A stretch of DNA of 64,000 bases, taken from positions 1 to 64,000 of the IMG/VR virus record IMGVR_UViG_3300046787_000302. One strand, 5' to 3'. Position numbers and translations under genes: made by a program. Shown in pieces: positions 55,341-64,000 of the stretch. Numbering within the stretch: position 1 is the stretch's first letter; every line of letters begins with the position of its first letter. The notes under the pieces were generated by a model that was given only the letters and a program-made list of their open reading frames with translations, was not told the DNA's origin and searched no databases. The DNA comes from a virus (lineage: Duplodnaviria; Heunggongvirae; Uroviricota; Caudoviricetes).

Positions 55341-56248
55341 TGAATACTGACTTACAATACAGAACCTTTGATGAGTTGATGGCAGCAGTGTCATCTGACT
55401 TCCGTATGTACAATCTTGAGGGAATGATTGAGCCAGCTGACCTTATCAAAGTTGCTCAACGCGTTTCTTATGATCTTGGTTTACGTATAAACAAAACAAA
55501 AGAAACTGTTATAGAGATAGTAAAAGGCAAAGCTCGTTTACCATTAGACTTCTATGTACTTAATAATGCAATGTTGTTAGGTCAGTACACAGTGAAAACT
55601 CCAGTGATGGCAGGTCGTCAAACAGAAGAGATGCAATTAGTTGTAGCTCCAGATGTTTGTAGAATGTGTGGTACCGAGGCAACTGTGTGTGCATGCAATG
55701 ATACTTACAGTACAACTCAGCAGTACGGAGATAACTGTGGAGACTTCATACTTGTTGAGAAGATCAGAAACGAGGTTAGAACCTACGATCACTTCGAAAG
55801 AATACATATGAACCCAAGTAAGTTTTTATCTCGTTACGCTCAAAGTATGGGGCTTTCAGGTAATGGCTCTGTTTGGCAAGCTGAGATAAAGAATGGCTTT
55901 GTGTATACTAACTTATCTGAAGGAAAGCTTTACTTAAACTATGAAGGAGCTTTAGAAGATCAAGATGGTAACTTGTTAGTACTAGATCATCCAATGATAA
56001 ACGAATACTATGAATATGCTTTAAAGAAGCGTATTCTTGAAAACTTGTTTATGAACGGAGAGAATACTGTATCCAATCAGATACAACTTATTGAACCTTT
56101 GTATAGAGCTGCAAGAAACAATGCTTTATCAATAGTTAATACTCCAAACTTTAAGGAGCTACATAGCATCTGGGCAAAGAATAGAACTGCTCAATACAAT
56201 AGATACTATGCAATGTTTAGTTCAGCTTCAAATACTACCTTTAAGTAA
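55340..56248 (+). CDS. hypothetical protein
   Basis: ORF; ATGA overlap with neighbours. Confidence 0.4.
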   Translation: MNTDLQYRTFDELMAAVSSDFRMYNLEGMIEPADLIKVAQRVSYDLGLRINKTKETVIEIVKGKARLPLDFYVLNNAMLLGQYTVKTPVMAGRQTEEMQLVVAPDVCRMCGTEATVCACNDTYSTTQQYGDNCGDFILVEKIRNEVRTYDHFERIHMNPSKFLSRYAQSMGLSGNGSVWQAEIKNGFVYTNLSEGKLYLNYEGALEDQDGNLLVLDHPMINEYYEYALKKRILENLFMNGENTVSNQIQLIEPLYRAARNNALSIVNTPNFKELHSIWAKNRTAQYNRYYAMFSSASNTTFK

Positions 56249-59200
56249 TGGCAACATCACAACAAGATAACGCTAGTGTAATGAATACCTTCTCAAAAGG
56301 TATGATGAAAGACCTTAACGAAACCTTCGTTGGAGAAGGAGTATGGTTGCATGCACGAAACGCTGTCAATAATTCTCATGATGGTCAGGTTGGCGTGCTT
56401 GGTAACGAGCCTGCTAACTTACATACAGTTGATTTGCCTTATTCTCTTATAGGTACAATACCTATTGTTGATGGTACATGGGCTGTGTTTACAACAGATG
56501 ATACGGACTCTGAGATAGGTATCTTTGATGCTAATCTTGGTACTTACAAAACTGTAGTAAACGATAAAGGATTAAACTTTAATAAGAAGAACTTAATCAC
56601 AGGAGCATCTCGCAAAGGCTTTGACTGTGGTTTTAAAGTATACTTTGATGATGGTAGACGTAACCCATCACGTTATCTAGATTTAGATAATGTTCCATAC
56701 AAGACTAAAAAGGTTAAACAAGGTGAGTGTTACATCGAACAGTCAACAGGAGTACTAGATGTTGAACAGATGCGTCTTGCTCAGATCTTAACTATACCTT
56801 GTGTTAACATTGAAAAAGGTAAGGCAGCAGGTACCTTAAGAAATGGTTCTTATCAAGTTGCTATTGCTTATACTATAAACGGTATTAGAGTTACTGACTA
56901 CTTAGTGGTATCTGAAGTTCAAGGATTATTTGATCATGATGGAGAAGGTGGTAGTCTTGATGTATCTATTACAAATACTGACCAAGACTTTGATGAGTTT
57001 GAGTTAGTACTTATCTCAGTTGTTAATAGTCAAAACACAGCAAAGAGATTAGGTATATATTCGGTAAACCAAAACAAGATCTTTATTGATTCAGTTGAGC
57101 CAGATCTTATTACTATACCATTAGAGCAAATACCTTTAGTTACTCCTGCAGTTGAAGCGTCTGACGCAATGTTTAGACTTAACAACTACTTAGTTCGTGT
57201 TGGTGTACAAAGCAAGTTTGATTTTAACTATCAACCTTTAGCTAACAAGATTCAAGCAAAGTGGGTAAGTGTTGAGTATCCTGCAAACTATTATATCCAA
57301 GGGGGTAATAATACAGGTTACATGAGAGATGAGCAGTATGCTTTCTTTATCAGATGGATCTATAATACAGGAGATAAATCAGCATCTTATCATATTCCGG
57401 GAAGAGCTCCAAGAACTGATGAACGTCAGTTTTTATTCTCAGCAGATGCTAGTGCTATTGAAGGAGATGACTCACCAGAAGTTTGGAAAGTAAAAAATAC
57501 AGCAGGTATATTATCTGTACCAAATACAGTTCGTCCTGATGGAGGTGTTGTATTAGCTGAAGGCGAGATGGGTTTCTGGGAATCAACAGAAGAGTATCCA
57601 GATAACAAACCAAATATATGGGGTAATCTATGTGGAGAAAGAGTTAGACATCATAAGTTTCCAGATAACTCATTAGCAGAGCAAGTATATCACCAGTCAC
57701 AAGGTGGAGATAAGATACGTATTCTTGGAGTTAAGTTTGAGAATATCTCAGTACCTTTAGATAATGCAGGTAATCCATTAACTGATATTGTTGGTTATGA
57801 GATCTTGCGTGGATCAAGAGAAGGTAATAAGACAGTTGTTGCAAAAGGTTTGTTGAACAATATGCGTCAACACGATATGCCAGATCAACCAGGCGTTAAA
57901 GGATTGTATCAAAACTATCCTTATAATGACCTTAGACCTGATTTGTTTTTAACGTCAAATAAAAGCTTTATTGATATTGGTGCAAGAAACAACCGTTTAC
58001 AAGATCCGTTGACAGAGTATAGAAAGGATATGTTTTCTTTCCATAGTCCTGATACATCTTTCTCTAAACCGTATCTTGCAGCATCAGAGTTAAAGATTTA
58101 CAGTGAAGTATACGGTAGATCAGAAGGATCTTTTAAATATGTATACAAGCATCCTCAGTTTAAACAGTTAAGTGAGTCAGCAAAAGGTACTATTGATGCA
58201 ATACTAAATACACTTATTGCAACAAACTTACTAACAAACGCTGCAAAGACTATTAAGTTTGGTGGTACTGAAGGACAACCTTTTGAGTTCTCAATGGGTG
58301 GAGCAGTTCCAACACCAGCTCCTCCTTCAGCTGCATCAGATGCATTTGGTGCTACCGGTGCTATAACAACTGCAATATCTATTGCTGCTTATGTGGCTAA
58401 CCTTGCTATATTTACAGCAAACGTTGTTGCTTTGATTACAGCTGCTAAGTTATTGAAAGATCAGTATGCAGAAAAAGTAATCAATGTTATTGCAAGCATG
58501 ATTCCAAAGCGTCAGTATGCTGCACAATATGATTCTCATGGATTCTATAGTAACTATCTAATCAATGCAAGAACAGATAACGCTCGTAGAAAAGTAGCTG
58601 ATGCTTTCTATATTGGAGATAACTTACAGTCTTACAATGAGTATAGAATTAATAACTTACATAGAGGTAAGTATGTATTAGTCAATACTACACGTGAGTT
58701 TGATGCTCCATTAAAAGCAGATACAAGTAGAAATACAAAGACTCAGATACAAGCTGAGTTAAACAAAACTGTTACAAGCGATATATCAGCTTACTACGGT
58801 GCGATAAAAGCAGCTTTCCCATCACAGTATGGTCAGTTAGAATCTGTAAAGCAGATACCTATCTACACTTGTGTTTATCAAACTCAACCAGATAAAACAA
58901 AGGTTTATGCAACTGATGTATTATTTGGAGGAGATATCTATATTGGAAGATACACAGAGAAAAATCCATTCTTGTTCTTCCATGACTGGTTATACGATCA
59001 GCAAGATGAGTTGTTGTATGATTACCGTGCAAGAATGTCAGTTGCTTATCCTCGTTACTGGTTAGAGAATACAGATGCACGTCGTCTAGTATCAGAAGGA
59101 ACAACTGCATTCTCACATCTTGATGATAGACTTGAGAAAGATGCTTTTGTTGATAAGGGTTTCTTTTACTTATTCTGTAACGGAGTTAGAGACTTCTTTG

Positions 59201-60846
59201 TAGAATCTGAAGTAAACTTAGCATACCGTGATTGGGATGAGACTCCAGAGAAACGTCATTATGATCCAGATAAGTATACAGATATAACTTCGATGTTTAG
59301 ATCTGATATAATGAGAAGAGGTAACTTCCATAAGTATGACTACTCTCTTAGTGTATCAAAGCTTTACAACAACTATATTAGCTGGGGATCTTTACAACCT
59401 CGTAGTTATGATCCATTAGTTGCTGAGCAGTGTTATAGCTACTCTCCAAACAGAATTATGTACTCTCTTCCTCAAGAGCAAGAGCAGATGCAAGATAACT
59501 GGGTAAGATTCTTACCAAACAACTATATTGATATGACTGGTAGAGTTACATCATTAAAGTCTGTTGGTCATACAGGAGCTCTTATTATGTTAGAGAATGA
59601 ATCACCAATCATGATACAAGGTGTTGATTCATTACAAACAGATGCTGGTATTAAAATAACTGTTGGAGATGGTGGTTTATTCACTCAACCAATGAGAAAC
59701 ATAATGAATACTGATGATGAGTATCAGTATGGTTCATGTCAAAGTAAATATGCTATTGTTGGTATACCTGCAGGTGTGTTCTGGGTATCACAGGAGCAGG
59801 GTAAAATATTTCAGTATGCAGGACAGTACAAAGAAATCTCAAGAAACGGTAACAAGTGGTGGTTTGCTAAATACTTGCCGTCACAACTGCTTAGACATTT
59901 TCCAAACTTTACTCACTACGATAATCCTCTTGTTGGTGTTGGTTGTAACATGTCCTATGATAATACTAATGAGATCCTATACATTACTAAAAAGGATTAC
60001 AAACCATTAAACTCAGATGTTAAGTATGATACTATAAACGGTTTCTATACTTTAGGTGAAGAGTTTATCGATAATGGTATAGTTAAGAGAACAAAGAATC
60101 TGATTACCCTTGGTGATCCTTTACACTTTGAGAATGCATCTTGGACAATGAGTTATGACGTTAAGAATGAACAGTTCTTATCTATCCATGACTGGCATCC
60201 TAGTTTTATTATTCCGGCAAGAAGTAACTTCTTGACTGTACAAGATAAGAGTATCTGGAGACATAACAGCAGAACAGATTTATACTGTAACTTCTATGGT
60301 GTTGACTATCCATTTGAAGTAGAGTATGTTGCTTCAACAGGTGGTAATGTTGCTACTGTAAAAAGTGTTGAGTATGTATTAGAATGCTTTAAGTATCTTA
60401 ACGATGGTAACGATAAGTTCCATCTTCTTGATGATAACTTTGATAGAGCTCTTGTTTACAACTCAGAACAAGTATCGGGATATCTTGATCTTAACATAAA
60501 GAAAAAGAACGATCCGGTTAGTTTACTACAGTATCCAATAGTACTATCAGACAGTATTAAGATAAACTACTCAAAAGAAGAGAACAAGTATCGTTTTAAC
60601 CAGTTCTGGGATATTACAAAAAACAGAGGAGAGTTTGTGAACAACGAAACACCAATGTTTAATGTGTCTTCAAACGGATACACTAGAGCACTTAATCCTA
60701 AGTATGTTGACTATAAGAAGTCAGAACTAGAACGTAAGAAGTTCAGACACTATTCTAATCGAGTATTCTTAAGAAAGATAAAGAGTGGTTCAACAAAGAT
60801 GTTATTCAAGATTATCAGCACAAAGCTACAAATAAGTAACCGATGA
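56248..60846 (+). CDS. giant virion-associated protein (1532 aa; tape-measure/injection-protein candidate)
   Basis: Uninterrupted 4.6-kb ORF with a central Ala-rich hydrophobic segment (GATGAITTAISIAAYVANLAIFTANVVALITAAKLL) and no recognisable enzymatic motif. Confidence 0.45.
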   Translation: MATSQQDNASVMNTFSKGMMKDLNETFVGEGVWLHARNAVNNSHDGQVGVLGNEPANLHTVDLPYSLIGTIPIVDGTWAVFTTDDTDSEIGIFDANLGTYKTVVNDKGLNFNKKNLITGASRKGFDCGFKVYFDDGRRNPSRYLDLDNVPYKTKKVKQGECYIEQSTGVLDVEQMRLAQILTIPCVNIEKGKAAGTLRNGSYQVAIAYTINGIRVTDYLVVSEVQGLFDHDGEGGSLDVSITNTDQDFDEFELVLISVVNSQNTAKRLGIYSVNQNKIFIDSVEPDLITIPLEQIPLVTPAVEASDAMFRLNNYLVRVGVQSKFDFNYQPLANKIQAKWVSVEYPANYYIQGGNNTGYMRDEQYAFFIRWIYNTGDKSASYHIPGRAPRTDERQFLFSADASAIEGDDSPEVWKVKNTAGILSVPNTVRPDGGVVLAEGEMGFWESTEEYPDNKPNIWGNLCGERVRHHKFPDNSLAEQVYHQSQGGDKIRILGVKFENISVPLDNAGNPLTDIVGYEILRGSREGNKTVVAKGLLNNMRQHDMPDQPGVKGLYQNYPYNDLRPDLFLTSNKSFIDIGARNNRLQDPLTEYRKDMFSFHSPDTSFSKPYLAASELKIYSEVYGRSEGSFKYVYKHPQFKQLSESAKGTIDAILNTLIATNLLTNAAKTIKFGGTEGQPFEFSMGGAVPTPAPPSAASDAFGATGAITTAISIAAYVANLAIFTANVVALITAAKLLKDQYAEKVINVIASMIPKRQYAAQYDSHGFYSNYLINARTDNARRKVADAFYIGDNLQSYNEYRINNLHRGKYVLVNTTREFDAPLKADTSRNTKTQIQAELNKTVTSDISAYYGAIKAAFPSQYGQLESVKQIPIYTCVYQTQPDKTKVYATDVLFGGDIYIGRYTEKNPFLFFHDWLYDQQDELLYDYRARMSVAYPRYWLENTDARRLVSEGTTAFSHLDDRLEKDAFVDKGFFYLFCNGVRDFFVESEVNLAYRDWDETPEKRHYDPDKYTDITSMFRSDIMRRGNFHKYDYSLSVSKLYNNYISWGSLQPRSYDPLVAEQCYSYSPNRIMYSLPQEQEQMQDNWVRFLPNNYIDMTGRVTSLKSVGHTGALIMLENESPIMIQGVDSLQTDAGIKITVGDGGLFTQPMRNIMNTDDEYQYGSCQSKYAIVGIPAGVFWVSQEQGKIFQYAGQYKEISRNGNKWWFAKYLPSQLLRHFPNFTHYDNPLVGVGCNMSYDNTNEILYITKKDYKPLNSDVKYDTINGFYTLGEEFIDNGIVKRTKNLITLGDPLHFENASWTMSYDVKNEQFLSIHDWHPSFIIPARSNFLTVQDKSIWRHNSRTDLYCNFYGVDYPFEVEYVASTGGNVATVKSVEYVLECFKYLNDGNDKFHLLDDNFDRALVYNSEQVSGYLDLNIKKKNDPVSLLQYPIVLSDSIKINYSKEENKYRFNQFWDITKNRGEFVNNETPMFNVSSNGYTRALNPKYVDYKKSELERKKFRHYSNRVFLRKIKSGSTKMLFKIISTKLQISNR

Positions 60847-63800
60847 GTTTAAACAGATCATTATTAACGCAGATTACAAAGGACTTAAACAAGAAACCTA
60901 GTAAGCCAAAAGTACCAAAGAACCAGTGGCAACATCCTGGTGAGATAACAACTGTTAACTCTCCTAATATTACTATGGATGCTGTTGACTATCCAGTACT
61001 TGGCGTACCAAATGTTGGAGCTCCTCAAATGATGTATCCAGATCAGCAGTATTACTATCCTGAAGCAGGTAGTGTTACTGAGTATCCAATGATGGGTGAT
61101 GGTGGCTATGTTGTAACTCGTAGTAACGATCGTAAAGGTAAGACACATAAAGTTACTGGACCAGACGGAACAGTTAAATACTTTGGTGATTCTAAGCTAG
61201 GACAACATCCAAAAGATCCAGAGCGTAAGAAAGCATTCTACGCACGTCATAAAAAGAACCTTGAGGGTAATCCTTTCTTTAGAGCTTTTGCAAGAAAGAC
61301 TTGGGCCGAAGGTGGTCAAACACCTGATGAGCGTGATATGGTTAATGGTATAGCTGACATATTATCTCAAGTTAATAATGCAGATAACAGAGCTGCCATA
61401 GCACAAAATATGATCAACGATTTTAAAGATCAGAATGTTACTTATGATCTTGCAAGTTTCATGCAGAAAGCTAATCTTAAAGAAGGTGGAGAGATGATTC
61501 GTAGAGCTGATGGTTCTTATTCAAGACGTGGTCTATGGGATAATATTCGTGCTAACAAAGGATCCGGTAAGAAGCCTAGTAAACAAATGCTAGAGCAAGA
61601 ACGTAAGATCAAAGCTCAGATGCAGTATGGTGGTTTGTGGGATACAAATAGAACAGCTTGGGTAGATAGTGTTAATAATGCAAACATGGACAAGAACTTT
61701 GTACAGCGTATGTATAATGCCAGTGCTCCTCAGATGTATCTACCTGGTGATAAAAGACCAAGTACTCACTTTATGGAATCTGGTGATGGTCGTGCTTATC
61801 CCACTGTAGTACAACGTCCTGGTAACAAGTATCTTGAATGGATGAACCAGAACAATCCTGATGGTGCTATGAACTATGCTTTAGATACAGGACAATATAT
61901 CCAGTTTCCAAATGATGAGCAGGCTACATGGTATGGTCAGAATGGATATAAGCAAGGTACTAATGTAGTTACTGGTAAAAAGAAAAAACAGTTTGGTGGG
62001 GCATTAAACAAGTATCAAAAAGCTGGTCAGGTTATTAAACCAGTAAATGGTTTTATTGATTTAAAACAACAAGGCATAGATGTATTTACTCCAGAAGGTA
62101 TGGCAAAAGCTGAGGAGTTAAATAAACAGTATCCTGGAGCTAAGTTTGTATGTACTGCAAATGGTTGTGCTGATATTGCTTCAAAAGCTGCACAAGCATA
62201 TGGTCATAACTTTGGACGTTTTAATGCTTGGGATGCTGGTAATCAAAACCCAGTTCAGTATCTTAATCCTTCATATACAGAAGGGATGATGCAAAGTGCT
62301 GAACCTTTGCCAAATCCTAAGTCATATAAAGTACCTAGTCAAATGCAAGGTATGGAGAATGTACTTATTACAATGAATCGTAACAATAATCTTGTTGATG
62401 ATAAAGGTCGTAAGTTACCACAGACTCCACAGAATATTGCATTAGGTAAATCAAAAGATCGTAAAAGCTCTAATGACTCTTTTGACTATAAGTATAACTA
62501 TCCTAACTCTCGTGGTATGGAACATGTTGGATACTTAAAAGGTAACAATACTCTTATTCATGGAACAGCAGGTCATGGTAATACACCATCTTTCTTTGTA
62601 TTTGATGATATGACTGATGGTATTAAGTTACCTGGTTATGGAGGATATGAACCTGTTGAAGCTATTGGAGAACCATCAGCAATGCGCAGAAACTGGAATA
62701 AAGTATCTAACTCTGTTCAAGCATTAAGTGATATTACAAGTAACTTATTTGCAAAAGCTAATGCTCCAGTTAAAGGTGTTAATCCTGCAAGCATGATTCC
62801 TAATGTTTCTAATATACCTTACATGGTTAATAAAGGTGTAGATTTAGGAAGTAGAGTAATAGATAAAGCACGTAGAGCAATACCAGTAGGAGAATCAATC
62901 ATTGATTACTTAGGACAACAAGGTGTTAATTACGATAAAGCAACAAGAAAAGCTATCGCAAATCATCTAGGCATAAAAGACTATAACTTTTCAGCAGATA
63001 AAAATATTGAGTTGATGAAGCGTATAGCACAAGCTCCTGAGATTCTTGAACGTTTTGCAAAACCAAAAGCTCAACTTGGTACTATATCTGGAGTTCCTAA
63101 CTTTAGAGAGTTAGTCAAAAATGTTATTCCAGTAAGTGTTAGATCAGTCGCAAACTTTGCAGGTGCTGCTTTGGGTTTAAACGATTCAGATCCTATTGTT
63201 CAAAAAAGCGATTTTACAAAAGATAATCTTAAAGCTATCTATAATGCTGCACTAGATGCACAAAAGAAGACAGGTAAAAGTCATAATGGTACATCATATT
63301 CAAACTATGGTAATGCCTATGGTGATCTTTGGGGCAAAGGTGTACCTAATCAACTAAGAAAAACTAAGTTAGCAAAAGTACCTTTTCAAGTAGCTAATGT
63401 TGCAAAAGACACTATGCTTGATCCTGCTTATCAAGCAGCAACAACTCTTGGTAGATTTACATACAATGTAAATAAAGATGGTTCAGTTGACATATCGGAT
63501 AAGTATGACTTTAGTCAAGAGGCTGGTGAAAACGGTATGATGAAAAGTATTGTACAAGCTATTGATAATACTTTAGGTAATGATCCAAGAAAAAATATAC
63601 AGTTTAGAATATCGCCTCAAGATATTAAACGTTATGGTGGATTAAGTAGATTCCAAGTTGCAGGACAAAGCAATGCGCCAAAGGTAACAGCAAAGGTTAA
63701 TCCTTTCATGCCTGTATTTGATCCTAATGAAGCTAACCAAGAATATCAGTTACCTGATAATCAAACATTCTTTACAGGTGTTCAACCAATATCTCATGAA

Positions 63801-64000
63801 GCTGGTATAGCAGCAAACGTTAAACGTACTGTTGCACAACAAAATCCAGAGCTTAAGAATGTACCACTTCCTGGATCAGGAGTAGCTAACGCAACTAAAG
63901 TAGCGAATAGTGTTGCTAACTTTGGTGATGGTATGTTGAGTATGTTTAATACTTACTCACAGTTAGCAAATCTAAACAATCAGCAAAAGCAAAGAGAAGC
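60844..64000 (+). CDS. large virion protein, incomplete at window end, with putative CHAP-like peptidoglycan hydrolase domain
   Basis: Start ATG overlaps the previous stop (ATGA) and there is no stop before 64000. Segment CTANGCADIASKAAQAYGHNFGRFNAWDAG...LIHGTAGHG resembles a CHAP Cys/His arrangement. Confidence 0.4.

Noticed and set aside
60885-61148. Minus 87-aa ORF
   Set aside because: It lies antisense within the long incomplete plus-strand ORF that starts at 60844.
1-64000. Integrase, recombinase or attachment-site evidence for a prophage, and defence islands (restriction-modification, CBASS, retron, toxin-antitoxin)
   Set aside because: No tyrosine or serine recombinase motifs, no reverse transcriptase, no cyclase/effector pairs, and no methyltransferase motifs were seen in any ORF translation. 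The tRNA-like 3' fragments could in principle be attP cores, but there is no adjacent integrase.

Overview
This 64 kb window looks like part of a large, AT-rich, tailed dsDNA bacteriophage genome. I found no integrase, reverse transcriptase or CRISPR array, so a virulent phage or a large prophage segment are both possible. It has two transcription blocks. Positions 1-15,100 carry minus-strand genes: a T5orf172/zinc-ribbon protein, a spanin-like membrane/lipoprotein pair, two metallophosphoesterases, an SPFH-like lipoprotein, HTH proteins and many small hypotheticals. Within this block a minus-strand tRNA array at 3958-4610 is closed by an intrinsic terminator. A low-coding control region of about 1.9 kb (13,602-15,532), full of direct and inverted repeats, sits where transcription diverges. 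From 15,533 to the end everything is on the plus strand. The order is small early genes (wHTH, Cys-rich, PD-(D/E)XK-like nuclease), tRNA-Cys, ThyX, large terminase, PhoH, portal, scaffold-like acidic protein and candidate major capsid protein, followed by a very large tail/fiber module. That module holds three short paralogous fibre-tip genes, two ~1000-aa fibers sharing a cassette, a collagen-like fiber with a C-terminal chaperone domain, a Cys-rich repeat protein and Ig/FN3/Calx-like proteins. After a strong terminator come a metallophosphoesterase-like protein and two giant ORFs (1532 aa and an incomplete ORF of at least 1050 aa running off the window); the latter carries a putative CHAP-like hydrolase. 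The most unusual signals are tRNA-like elements outside the main array (plus one within it) that each have a canonical T-arm and 7-bp acceptor pairing but are over-length (about 97-165 nt), the repeat-dense control region, and the heavily duplicated, mosaic fiber module. All calls are from reading the sequence and ORF translations by eye; no database search or RNA-folding computation was possible.
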